64,000 nt of DNA, from assembly GCA_963675365.2 (NCBI GenBank), contig CAXXVA010000002.1, forward strand, positions 109,899 to 173,898. The letters run 5' to 3'. The notes under the pieces were generated by a model. The model ran no database searches. It was not told the origin of the DNA and was given only the letters and a program-made list of their open reading frames with translations. The DNA is from Candidatus Limiplasma sp. GTDB taxonomy: Bacteria; Bacillota; Clostridia; Christensenellales; Aristaeellaceae. How positions within the stretch are numbered: the first letter of the stretch is position 1; each line of letters starts with the position of its first letter. This document shows, one piece after another, positions 1-9,149 of this stretch. The position numbers and the translations under genes were made by a program.

Positions 1-146
1 ATACCTCGCACGCTGCCGGTTTTCTTTTCCCCATCTTGCGCTTGGTCAATCCTTGATGTAGCGCTGCTACTACTTCGGATTTCGCAAACACAATCTGAGA
101 AAAAGCAACTCCGGCATCATACAAGGGTTCCGGTCGTCGTTTGCCT
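1..146 (+). repeat. Family-A long palindromic intergenic repeat, copy R1 (left outer arm cut by window edge)
   Basis: Core GATGTAGCGCTGCTACTAC (55-73) and flanks ACGCTGCCGG / ATCTTGCG / GCAAAC / CGGCATCA align with 7 other copies. Right outer arm CGTCGTTTGCCT at 135-146. Confidence 0.75.
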
Positions 147-197
147 GCGTGTGATCAAACAACAAGCTAGATACGCAAGTGTTACCAAAAGGCCGCC

Positions 198-1439
198 CTA
201 AAGCCCCGCATGCCTGCGCAGCGCGTCGGCTTCCTGCGCGGAAATCGGATGGGTGGAGTAGCGGGCGCGGTCATAGAGCGCCGCGGCGGGGGCCGCGGCG
301 TCGGCGGACAGGCGGAGCGCGCCGCTTTTGAGCATCTCCCGCGCGGTCAGGGCGGGATCGGGCGCGGCCGCGCGGCTCAGCAGCATCTTGTACACGCGCC
401 GCACGCGCTGTGCGGGGGACAGTTTTTCCCACGGGGTGGGGAACACGCGGGTTTTGGCGCGGCGCAGGCGTTCGGCGGCGGCTTTCTTGATCTCGTCCCA
501 GTCAAGCATACTCTCGGACTGGTCCACATAATCGGCGGAGATGCGCTGCCTGAAAAGCCTGAGCCTGTCCATCAGGATATGGAGCGCTCTGCGTAAAAGC
601 TTGTACAGGTGCTTGAAAAAGAAGAAAAGCAGCGCGGCGGCGACCAGCGCGGCGACGACGATCAGCGCGATTTCCACGATCCGGGAAACCGTGCCGGGTT
701 CGGCGTCTTCATAAAAGACCGCGAAGGGATTGCTTCCCTGCACTATGCCGCCGTCCGTACTTTGCTGGAACAGGGAGCTCAACCACAGCACAGCGGCGCC
801 GACGGCCATGATGATCCACCGGATCGCCGCGCGCACGGCGGCGCCGACGGCCTTGAGGCTTGCCAGCAGCAGTGCGGCCAGGCAGAACACGGCGAGCAGG
901 ACGCGGTTGTGCGCAAGCAGCGTTTTGGCCGAGGCCGAGACGGTTTCCAGCAGCATGGAGCGGTTGTAGGAGAACAGAAGCGCGAGCAGGTACAATACGA
1001 AAATCCATTTGAGCGGCGCGGCCGCGCTTTCAAACACGGGGTAAAGCTTTGCAAATTGCGCGATGATGTGCAGCACGAGGCACGCGCCCAGATGCCGGAT
1101 TGACCACTCCTGATGCGCGGGGCGCGCCATGGCGGGCATGAACAGCAGCATGGTCACGGCGCAGGGCAGGAACAAAAGCATCGCAAGCGGCGCCGTGCGC
1201 AGGAACAGCGCCGCGCAGCCCGCCGCCATCAGCGCCATGGCGAGGAGCAGCGCCGGCGTGCGGCGTTTTGCGGGCTGAAGCCCTGCCAGGCCCGTAAGCA
1301 AAAGCGCGGGGACGGGCAGCACGGCCGCAAGCCACAGCCTGTCCGGCAGCAGCGCCGCGCCGGGCATAAGATAGATCGGCGAAAGCCCCATGGCGCATAG
1401 CAGCGCCGCGTAAAGCTTCGGTATCAGCCGCCTGCTCAT
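198..1439 (-). CDS. Polytopic membrane protein with DUF4129-like C-terminal domain (third gene of MoxR-DUF58 operon)
   Basis: 413-aa ORF with many hydrophobic helices. C-terminal LYDRARYSTHPIS motif is typical of DUF4129. Its ATG overlaps the upstream stop (ATGA at 1436-1439). Confidence 0.75.
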   Translation of the reverse strand: MSRRLIPKLYAALLCAMGLSPIYLMPGAALLPDRLWLAAVLPVPALLLTGLAGLQPAKRRTPALLLAMALMAAGCAALFLRTAPLAMLLFLPCAVTMLLFMPAMARPAHQEWSIRHLGACLVLHIIAQFAKLYPVFESAAAPLKWIFVLYLLALLFSYNRSMLLETVSASAKTLLAHNRVLLAVFCLAALLLASLKAVGAAVRAAIRWIIMAVGAAVLWLSSLFQQSTDGGIVQGSNPFAVFYEDAEPGTVSRIVEIALIVVAALVAAALLFFFFKHLYKLLRRALHILMDRLRLFRQRISADYVDQSESMLDWDEIKKAAAERLRRAKTRVFPTPWEKLSPAQRVRRVYKMLLSRAAAPDPALTAREMLKSGALRLSADAAAPAAALYDRARYSTHPISAQEADALRRHAGL

Positions 1440-2524
1440 GACGCTTCCTCCCGGAACCCCTGCTGGTCGATTAACTGCAAAACGGCGGTATTGCCTGCGC
1501 GGCGCAGGGCGGCAAGCCTTTGCTGCAAAAGCTCGGAATCATACGCCGACAGCAGCAGCATATCCATGCCGGTAACCGCGCACAGGTCGTCGAGCACTTT
1601 CAGGATTGTGCGCGTGCGCCGGATGGTCAGGTGCGCCATCGCGGAGAGGATCTCCCCCTCGCGCTGGGACGACCGCGCGGGCAGAAGCACCGTTGGATCG
1701 TCCTCCTCGTCCACGGGGATGTTGATGGCAAAACCCGCCTCCACGCCGCCACGCAGGGCGTTCAGGCACAGCGTCGCCGTCAGCGAGATCATCATTTCCA
1801 CCGTCTGCTGCTCGCATTCCATCAGGTCGCCCCATTGGGTTTCGGACATCTGGGCGTTGACGATCACGAGCATTTTCGGGTCGGCGGTTTTTTCGTGCAC
1901 CTTCACCTGCAATTGCCCGGTGCGCGCCGTGGCCCGCCAGTGGATGAACTTGCGTTCGTCGCCCGCCGCGTAGGGGCGCACGCCGGACACCCAAACCGGG
2001 TCGGGGATGATCCAGCGCTTGACCAAAAGGTCGCCCTGCCAGCGTGTGGACGGCAGGGGGATCTCGTCTGGGGACAGCAGCCGCGGGAAAACCTCGATGG
2101 CCGCGCCCGTGTCCGCCTGGATGCGCGGAACGTTGACGGAAAACAGGTCGCCAGCCTGCAGGGAGACCGACCCGGCCTTGTAGTATCCGCGTTTTGAAAG
2201 CGTCACGCTGTGCGTGCGCGTGATTTGCTGAAAGGGCTTTAAATAAAATACGCTCTTATGGTAGCGCTCGCCCGAAACGCGGGTCTCCGCGTCGGAGCGG
2301 AACCTGAGATGCGGCGAGATGCGGCTTTCCGCCTTCACCCAGGGCACGGGCAGGAGCTTTTTGTTGCGGATGACCTCGATCATCTCCACCGTATCGCCCT
2401 GGCTGCCGCTGACGGCCGAAAACCTGCGTTCGTAGCTCACGCCCCGCAGGGCGAACCTGCCGATCAGCAGCCCCTGGACAAGGATCAGCCCGGCGACGGC
2501 GACCAGCAGGATGAAGACGCTCAT
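1436..2524 (-). CDS. DUF58 family protein
   Basis: Start set at MSVFILLVAVAGL (ATG 2522-2524, ATGA overlap with the MoxR stop). N-terminal TM helix and FIHWRATARTGQLQVKVHE motif. The 556-aa track ORF is an upstream extension overlapping MoxR. Confidence 0.8.
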   Translation of the reverse strand: MSVFILLVAVAGLILVQGLLIGRFALRGVSYERRFSAVSGSQGDTVEMIEVIRNKKLLPVPWVKAESRISPHLRFRSDAETRVSGERYHKSVFYLKPFQQITRTHSVTLSKRGYYKAGSVSLQAGDLFSVNVPRIQADTGAAIEVFPRLLSPDEIPLPSTRWQGDLLVKRWIIPDPVWVSGVRPYAAGDERKFIHWRATARTGQLQVKVHEKTADPKMLVIVNAQMSETQWGDLMECEQQTVEMMISLTATLCLNALRGGVEAGFAINIPVDEEDDPTVLLPARSSQREGEILSAMAHLTIRRTRTILKVLDDLCAVTGMDMLLLSAYDSELLQQRLAALRRAGNTAVLQLIDQQGFREEAS

Positions 2525-3513
2525 GCCGTCGGGTCCTCGGTGGGCACGGGCACGGCTTTCAGGGCTTCGAGCACCGCCGTTTGCCCGGCGCCCGATTTGC
2601 CGTACGCGCCGCGCACGATCACGCGGTGGGCAAGAACCGGCACGGCAAGGGTTTTCACGTCGTCCGGGGTGACAAAATCGCGCCCCCGGATGATGGCCAG
2701 CGCCTGCGACGCGCGCATGAGCGCGAGCATCCCGCGCGGGCTTGCGCCAAGCAGCGCCTGGGGCAGCTTGCGCGTGTACTCGCACAGCGCGGCGATGTAC
2801 TCCATCACCGGCGTTGACACCTGCACATTCGGGCAGGCGGCCTGCGCTTCCAGCAGATCCGCGCCGCTGGCCACGGGGGAGAGCGTTTCGGCGGGATCGT
2901 TTTGCAGGAAACGGGTCAAAATCTCCACGGCCTCGCTCCCCTCTGGGTAGCCCATGGACAGCCGCATCAAAAAGCGGTCCAGCTGCGCCTCCGGCAGGGC
3001 GAAGGTGCCCTGGATTTCCACCGGGTTTTGCGTGGCGACGACCAGGAACGGCTCCTCCAGCTTCCGGGTCACGCCGCTTTCGGTCACCTGCCGCTCCTCC
3101 ATGCATTCCAACAGCGCCGACTGGGTGCGCGGCGTGGCGCGGTTGATTTCGTCGGCGAGCAATATATTGGTGAACACCGGCCCCGGCTGGAAGCAGAATT
3201 CCCCCGTGGCGGGCTGGTAGACGCTCGTGCCCGTCACGTCGGAGGGCATCAGGTCAAGCGTGAACTGGATGCGCGTGAAGCGGCAGTCGAGCGACTTTGC
3301 CAGGCTTTTGCACAGCATGGTCTTGCCTGTGCCGGGTACGTCCTCCAGCAGCACGTGGCCTTTGGCGATCAGCGCGGCCATCAGGGTTTCGATCACGTCC
3401 CCCTTGCCGACGATCACGCGCGCGATGTTCTCTTCGACCCGTTTGATAAATGCGGCTGTCTGCACGGAAACCACCTGAGCTTTCTGTTTTGTTTGTTTCT
3501 CATAGTATAGCAT
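2521..3513 (-). CDS. MoxR-family AAA+ ATPase
   Basis: LLEDVPGTGKT Walker A and LLADEINRATPRTQSALLECMEE. Start at MLYYEKQ (3511-3513) is inferred from usual MoxR length; the ORF stays open to 3648. Confidence 0.85.
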   Translation of the reverse strand: MLYYEKQTKQKAQVVSVQTAAFIKRVEENIARVIVGKGDVIETLMAALIAKGHVLLEDVPGTGKTMLCKSLAKSLDCRFTRIQFTLDLMPSDVTGTSVYQPATGEFCFQPGPVFTNILLADEINRATPRTQSALLECMEERQVTESGVTRKLEEPFLVVATQNPVEIQGTFALPEAQLDRFLMRLSMGYPEGSEAVEILTRFLQNDPAETLSPVASGADLLEAQAACPNVQVSTPVMEYIAALCEYTRKLPQALLGASPRGMLALMRASQALAIIRGRDFVTPDDVKTLAVPVLAHRVIVRGAYGKSGAGQTAVLEALKAVPVPTEDPTA

Positions 3514-3637
3514 ACTCCGCCGCTTTTCAGACGCGCAGGCGGACGGTACGGACGGAATTGTTTGCATTTTCGCCCGTGTGTTGCTATGATACAGTGCGTA
3601 CGGACAAGTGATTTCCGACTGTACGGAGGAGCTTTCT

Positions 3638-4525
3638 ATGAGCGTCATCGATATCCAAAATTTGACCCGCGATTACGGCCGCCACAGGGGCGTGTTCGAC
3701 GTTTCCTTTGCGGTCAGCGAGGGCGAGGCCTTCGGCTTTCTGGGCCCCAACGGCGCGGGCAAAACCACCACCATCCGGCACCTGATGGGCTTTTTGAAGC
3801 CCAACCGGGGTTCCTGCAGGATCAACGGCATGAACTGTTGGGACAACCGCGCCGAAATCCAGCAGACGCTTGGGTACATTCCCGGCGAGATCGCGTTTTT
3901 CGACGATATGACGGGGCCGGAATACCTGCGTTTCATCGCCCGCTACCGGGGTATGAAGGGCGACGGCCGGAAAAAGGAGCTTTTGGAGCGCTTTGAACTC
4001 AGCCCCGCCGGGCGCATCAAAAAGATGTCCAAGGGCATGAAGCAGAAGCTCGGCATCGTGGCCGCGCTGATGCACGATCCCGCGATCCTGATCCTGGACG
4101 AACCCACCTCGGGCCTCGATCCGCTGATGCAGAACCGCTTCATCGAACTCGTGATGAGCGAAAAGCAGCGCGGCAAGACCATATTGATGTCCAGCCATAT
4201 GTTTGAAGAGGTCGAACGCACCTGCCATCGCATCGGCATCATCCGCCAGGGCGAGCTGGTGACGGTTGACTCGGTGGACGAGCTCAAGGCCAAGCAGCAG
4301 AAAAAGTTTATCGTGACCTTTGAAAACTCAAAGGCCGCCGAAGCCTTCTTAAAAGAAGAACTGCAATCCGAAATGCTCACCCATCACCGCGTGGAGGTCA
4401 CCGTGGGTGACAACATCCGCGAGCTGATTGCCGCCATGGGCCGCTACCCCGTGCAAAACCTCGCCGCGCCAAGCCAGAGCCTGGAAGAGGTCTTCATGCA
4501 GTACTACGGAGGTGACAAGGCATGA
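3638..4525 (+). CDS. ABC transporter ATP-binding protein (ABC-2 type)
   Basis: GFLGPNGAGKTTTI Walker A, MSKGMKQKLGIVAAL signature, ILILDEPTSGLD Walker B. GGAGGA RBS lies before ATG 3638. Confidence 0.9.
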   Translation: MSVIDIQNLTRDYGRHRGVFDVSFAVSEGEAFGFLGPNGAGKTTTIRHLMGFLKPNRGSCRINGMNCWDNRAEIQQTLGYIPGEIAFFDDMTGPEYLRFIARYRGMKGDGRKKELLERFELSPAGRIKKMSKGMKQKLGIVAALMHDPAILILDEPTSGLDPLMQNRFIELVMSEKQRGKTILMSSHMFEEVERTCHRIGIIRQGELVTVDSVDELKAKQQKKFIVTFENSKAAEAFLKEELQSEMLTHHRVEVTVGDNIRELIAAMGRYPVQNLAAPSQSLEEVFMQYYGGDKA

Positions 4526-5325
4526 ACGCGACGCTTTACAAACGCGAAATGAAATCCAGCTGGAAGCTGCTTGCGATCTTCACGGCGATCCTGACGATGT
4601 ACGTCGTGCTGATCGTGGTCATGTACTCGCCGGAAATGCTGCAGATGTTCCAGCAGTTTTCCCAAACCATGCCGCAATTGATGAACTCGTTCAGCATGGA
4701 CTTTTCCTCCGATTCGCTGACGCTGCTGGGGTATCTGGCGAGCGGGCTGTACGGCTTCATCCTGATCATTTTCCCCATGATTTTCTCCATTATCCGCGGC
4801 AACGGCCTGGTGGCCCGCTACGTGGACCGGGGGTCCATGGCGTCGCTTTTGGCCGCGCCGGTCAAGCGCCGCACGGTGGCGCTGACGCAGATGGCGGTAC
4901 TGTTAACGGGTATCGTATGGCTGGTGCTGTACGCGACCGGGCTTGAGCTGTTCACCATCGCGCTGCACTCGCCCGGGCAGGCAGATACCTGGACGCTGCT
5001 GAAGCTCAACTTCGGGCTTTTGTCGCTGCACCTGTTCATCGGCGGGATCTGCTTTCTGGCTTCGTGTATCTTTGATGAAACCCGCTATTCCCTGGCGCTT
5101 GGCGCGGGGCTGCCCGGGCTGATGTTTATTCTGCAGCTTTTGGCGCAGGCGGGCGACGCCACCAAGGGCTTCAAATACGCGACGTTCTTCACGCTTTACA
5201 ATCCCGACGGCATTGCCGCGGGTACCGCCGGGGCCATGGGCGGGGTGTGGGTGCTGCTCGCCGGAGCCGTGGTGTTGTTTGCGGCGGCGGTAACGACGTT
5301 TACGAAACGGGATCTTTCCATTTAA
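4522..5325 (+). CDS. ABC-2 family transporter permease
   Basis: 267-aa polytopic membrane ORF. ATGA overlap with the preceding ATPase stop. Confidence 0.8.
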   Translation: MNATLYKREMKSSWKLLAIFTAILTMYVVLIVVMYSPEMLQMFQQFSQTMPQLMNSFSMDFSSDSLTLLGYLASGLYGFILIIFPMIFSIIRGNGLVARYVDRGSMASLLAAPVKRRTVALTQMAVLLTGIVWLVLYATGLELFTIALHSPGQADTWTLLKLNFGLLSLHLFIGGICFLASCIFDETRYSLALGAGLPGLMFILQLLAQAGDATKGFKYATFFTLYNPDGIAAGTAGAMGGVWVLLAGAVVLFAAAVTTFTKRDLSI

Positions 5326-5340
5326 GTAACAGGAGGTTGT

Positions 5341-5973
5341 ATGGCGGCGATACTGACGGCCACGAACCTGAAATTCCTCGATATCCTGCGCTACCCCGAC
5401 ATCCGGATCGAGCGGGGCAGCGCAAGCTTTATCTGCGGGCGCAGCGGCACGGGCAAAACGACGCTTTTAAAGCTGTTCAACGCCACCCAGACGCCCGCCG
5501 ACGGGACGATCACCTTTGACGGGCAGGACATCGCGGAGATGGACACCATCGACCTGCGCCGCAGGGTGCTGCTCGCCGGGCAGAAGGTGTACCTGTTCGA
5601 CGATACCATCAAAGGCAATTTCGAGCAGTTTTACGCCTTTCGCGGCGAGCCCTGCATCGGCGAAGACGACATGAAGGAATTCCTGCGTCTTTGCTGCGTC
5701 GAATTTCCGCTGGACACGCGCTGCCAGCCGCTTTCGGGCGGAGAAAAACAGCGCGTGTTTCTGGCTATCCACCTGTCCATGAAGCCGCAGGTGCTGATGA
5801 TGGACGAGCCCACGTCCGCGCTGGATAAAAAAACGTCGCGGTTGTTGCTTTCGCAGGTGAAAGCCTACTGCGCGGACAACGGCATCACCCTGGTCGCCAT
5901 CAGCCATGATATTACCCTGACCGCGGAGTTTGCCGATCAGGTGATTACCTTGTCGGAGGAGGCGTGCGAATGA
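5341..5973 (+). CDS. fetA: ABC transporter ATP-binding protein, FetA/YbbL-like
   Basis: GRSGTGKTTLLK, LSGGEKQRVFLA, LMMDEPTSALD. AGGAGG RBS. Paired with a YbbM/FetB-like permease. Confidence 0.75.
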   Translation: MAAILTATNLKFLDILRYPDIRIERGSASFICGRSGTGKTTLLKLFNATQTPADGTITFDGQDIAEMDTIDLRRRVLLAGQKVYLFDDTIKGNFEQFYAFRGEPCIGEDDMKEFLRLCCVEFPLDTRCQPLSGGEKQRVFLAIHLSMKPQVLMMDEPTSALDKKTSRLLLSQVKAYCADNGITLVAISHDITLTAEFADQVITLSEEACE

Positions 5974-6755
5974 GCCAGATTGTGCAGCTGGACCTGTGGC
6001 ATTTCGCGCTGATCTACCTGTTGCTGCTGGTGGTCATCACGGTGCTGCGCTTCACCAAAATCAATCAGACCAAGAGCCTGCTGTGGGGCAGCGCGCGCAT
6101 GACGCTGCAATTGACCCTGTCGGGGCTGATCCTCACCTACATTTTCCAAAATCCGCATCCGATCTTCGTGGCGCTGTACCTGCTGGCGATGATCAGCTTC
6201 GCGGTCTACCGCGTCATCCATTTAAACAAACAGCTTAACCGCAAATTCCGCTTGATCATCGCCGGGTCCATCGCGCTGTCGGGCCTTGCGGTGATGACCT
6301 ATTTCGTGGCGCTGGTCGTGGGCGAGCACCTGGGCAACCCCCAGTATGTCATCCCGATTTCCGGCATGCTGATGGGCAACACCATGACGGGCGTATCGCT
6401 GGGCGTGAAGACCCTGTACAAGACGGTGGAAGACCAGACCGACCGCATCGAGACCCTGCAGAACATGGGCGTCAGGCCTGAAAAGCTCTTCCTGCCCTTC
6501 GTGCGCCAGTCCATGGAAACGGCGATCCTGCCCACCATCAACACCATGGTCGGCATCGGCATCGTGGCCCTGCCGGGCATGATGACCGGGCAGATTTTAT
6601 CCGGCACGCTGCCCACCACCGCGATCCTCTACCAGATCGCCATCATGATCGCCATCTGCACCACGGTGTGCCTGTCCACGTTCGGGTCTTTGTATTTCGG
6701 CTACCGGACGCTTTACAACAAACGCAACCAGATCGAACTTTCTACCAATGAATAG
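5970..6755 (+). CDS. fetB: FetB/YbbM (UPF0014) family ABC permease
   Basis: Polytopic protein with GMLMGNTMTG motif. ATG 5970 overlaps the fetA stop (ATGA); the track start 5964 is a GTG two codons upstream. Confidence 0.75.
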   Translation: MSQIVQLDLWHFALIYLLLLVVITVLRFTKINQTKSLLWGSARMTLQLTLSGLILTYIFQNPHPIFVALYLLAMISFAVYRVIHLNKQLNRKFRLIIAGSIALSGLAVMTYFVALVVGEHLGNPQYVIPISGMLMGNTMTGVSLGVKTLYKTVEDQTDRIETLQNMGVRPEKLFLPFVRQSMETAILPTINTMVGIGIVALPGMMTGQILSGTLPTTAILYQIAIMIAICTTVCLSTFGSLYFGYRTLYNKRNQIELSTNE

Positions 6756-6790
6756 TCCGAGAATAGTGCGTTTCTTTTGGTTTAGTATGA

Positions 6791-8956
6791 CTATTCTTGA
6801 TCCATGAGTTTTTCTGATTGATCGCTGCGATTCTTCAGTTCTTTTAAAATCATTTCGCTAGTGACTTCTTCCTGTTTTTCATAAATTAGTATGAACGCTA
6901 TGCATCGTTGTTGTATTTTAGATGGCAATGTTTCACTGGGTTTACCGCTTAAATATCTTTTTATGGATTTATATGCCTTTTCTTCTGAAAGGATTGAATT
7001 GTCATAACGATGTGAGTAGTGATATGTGGTTTTCTCACCATAAGAAAAATATATAAAGGCTGCTATGAAATATGCAATATTAGAGGCACGCTTGGTTTTC
7101 TTTTTTAGGAACTCGTTAAAACCAGTAGGATCATACTGATCCCAGTAACTTACTAAAATATTCAAATTTGTTGATTCTATAAAACCTTTTGTTTTTGACA
7201 ACTCAACCGTCTTCGTTTGAGTGTTCTCTAATATTGTTTCAATCTCCTCACTGGAAAGATTTAAATTAGCCGCCTTTCCTTCTCTTAGCTGCCAGATAAC
7301 TGAAATTAGCATTGGCAATGTTTCTAAAGTAGCTTGATTAATTTTTTCACAAAGAAATTGAAATCGATATTCTGGATTCATTTTCTCAAGTAATTTTAAT
7401 GCACTATGGCCCAAATAGTATCGAACCGTAGGTTCAAAGGAATGTTGATTTTTATCATCTGAGTTTTGAAGAGGTAATAGCCACAACAATAAATTAAAAA
7501 TAATGATCAATCGATCGTTAGGGACATCCTCAATATAACTAAAAAGCATTCTTACGTAGTCATTGATTTGATTTCTTTGATGTAGCCTATGTATGTATTC
7601 ATGTAATTGGGATTCATTCATATTTGTAATCGAGTCAATGATAGTTGGATGTGATATATTGAGAGGGTTGGTTTCCATTGTAAAATATTGAGAAAAGTAC
7701 AGAGGGCTTGCAACTCTACGCATACGTTCAAGAGAACTGCGTGTGGGGTGGCTGCCGTAAAAGTTGTTAAGAACATTGATTCCGAACCAGGGAAACATCT
7801 TTGAAATAAAGGATAAAAAGGTTTCCGGATTCTGGGGATATAGTTTATCCAAGATAGATTTGATCACGTCAATGTAATCATTTTTTGCCTTACCATGAAG
7901 AAAACTAAACATTAGGTCGTTACCTTGTAATAATTGCTGATTGTGCTTAATCCAGATTATCATTTTTGGGTGGAATAGTTGCATAACTACGATTGCAAGT
8001 AGATCAACGAAATTAAACTCGCTAGAGACTGTAAGATACTGAGACTTAAATGCATTAATTAACCGCTTGATATCGCGAACTGTGCGAATTTGTTCAAGAA
8101 TAAAAGGTGATACTTCAGACCAGTATGATTTATCAAAAATGGGATTTGCAGACAACTTCAGAAGTTCATTAAGATGATCGAAAAATAAATCTTCAATAAT
8201 TTGTCTATTAACATCTGGAACAGGGAACATAACTTGAATAATCTTCTCTAAATACTCCTCACCATCACAATTTTGCTCCTTTTCAAGAGCTCTTGATACT
8301 ATTATTCTATCAAACGCCAAAAGGTACAGCATATAAGGGAAATCAGCAATTGAATTGACCAGTTGAAACATCAGGCGGATTTGATCATTGTTTAGCCTAT
8401 CTAAATCATCAATTATAACAAGTAATTTTTGTTTTTGGTCTTGAAGACACTTCACAATATTTTCTTTAAGCTTCATGATATTATTCTTTTTTGTAGCTCG
8501 TTCCATCAAATGGACACCAATACTTCCAAAAAGTCCTGTTAACGGTGCTAATATCAAAGCGGTTGGTGAAAAAAGCTGTACCAACATAATTGCAGATGAG
8601 TATTTTGCCAGCATATTTCCAACGCTATATAATTTCTCGTTGTAGACGGACGCCTTTATCGCTACAGATATTGTTTGAAAAAACTGTTCTAGCAATTGGT
8701 TTGTATTTGTATAGTTCCAAGGATTAAAGCGAATAATTATCGGTTGATTGTTTCTTTCTGTTTTTTCTATAATATCATTAGCAACCATATTGAGTATAGA
8801 TGTTTTTCCAGAGCCCCAACTACCGTATATTCCGACAGTAAAACTTTTATCGCCTTCAATTTTATGATTTAGTATTTCATCGGTTAATCTTTCAACAAAC
8901 GGAGCTCTTTTAAGGAGATCATCCCTTCTGTTGTTTATAGCATTATCAGAGAGCAA
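6791..8956 (-). CDS. KAP-family P-loop NTPase with membrane hairpin inserted in the NTPase domain (AT-rich island; Tmn-like)
   Basis: GIYGSWGSGKTSILNMV Walker A and LLVIIDDLDRL Walker B, with a hydrophobic insert SSAIMLVQLFSPTALILAPLTGLFGSIGVHL between them. Start set at TTG 8954-8956, 5 nt after GAGGTGA, giving MLSDNAINN, which aligns with the neighbour's MLSDQPIQT. The ORF is open to ATG 9058, which has no SD. Confidence 0.85.
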   Translation of the reverse strand: MLSDNAINNRRDDLLKRAPFVERLTDEILNHKIEGDKSFTVGIYGSWGSGKTSILNMVANDIIEKTERNNQPIIIRFNPWNYTNTNQLLEQFFQTISVAIKASVYNEKLYSVGNMLAKYSSAIMLVQLFSPTALILAPLTGLFGSIGVHLMERATKKNNIMKLKENIVKCLQDQKQKLLVIIDDLDRLNNDQIRLMFQLVNSIADFPYMLYLLAFDRIIVSRALEKEQNCDGEEYLEKIIQVMFPVPDVNRQIIEDLFFDHLNELLKLSANPIFDKSYWSEVSPFILEQIRTVRDIKRLINAFKSQYLTVSSEFNFVDLLAIVVMQLFHPKMIIWIKHNQQLLQGNDLMFSFLHGKAKNDYIDVIKSILDKLYPQNPETFLSFISKMFPWFGINVLNNFYGSHPTRSSLERMRRVASPLYFSQYFTMETNPLNISHPTIIDSITNMNESQLHEYIHRLHQRNQINDYVRMLFSYIEDVPNDRLIIIFNLLLWLLPLQNSDDKNQHSFEPTVRYYLGHSALKLLEKMNPEYRFQFLCEKINQATLETLPMLISVIWQLREGKAANLNLSSEEIETILENTQTKTVELSKTKGFIESTNLNILVSYWDQYDPTGFNEFLKKKTKRASNIAYFIAAFIYFSYGEKTTYHYSHRYDNSILSEEKAYKSIKRYLSGKPSETLPSKIQQRCIAFILIYEKQEEVTSEMILKELKNRSDQSEKLMDQE

Positions 8957-9149
8957 AACAATCACCTCAATAAATACATCTAATAGTATTATAGTGAATG
9001 GAAGCATAAATATCAATCGAAATTGTTTCCCAAGGATAGAGCATATGATATGATACATAGTATCGCTGTAGCGAAGGAATATCTATCGATTTGGAAACAA
9101 TGCTTTATCGAATATGATATACTATAACAAAATGTATTTGAGGTGACCC
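8957..9149. promoter_or_regulatory. AT-rich divergent control region between the two KAP NTPase genes
   Basis: Inverted repeat ATTGTTTCC (9022-9030) / GGAAACAAT (9093-9101). Repeated ATATGATAT motifs. TATACT at 9118-9123 lies 27 nt before ATG 9150. Both genes use a TTGAGGTGA RBS context. Confidence 0.5.

Noticed and set aside
1436-3106. 556-aa version of the DUF58 ORF, and similar long upstream extensions (26680-28083, 27833-29164, 22297-23187, 40907-41707, 59812-61452)
   Set aside because: The extensions overlap neighbouring real genes and have low-complexity Arg/Gly/Pro composition. Internal ATGs with RBS or ATGA stop-start overlaps give canonical N-termini.
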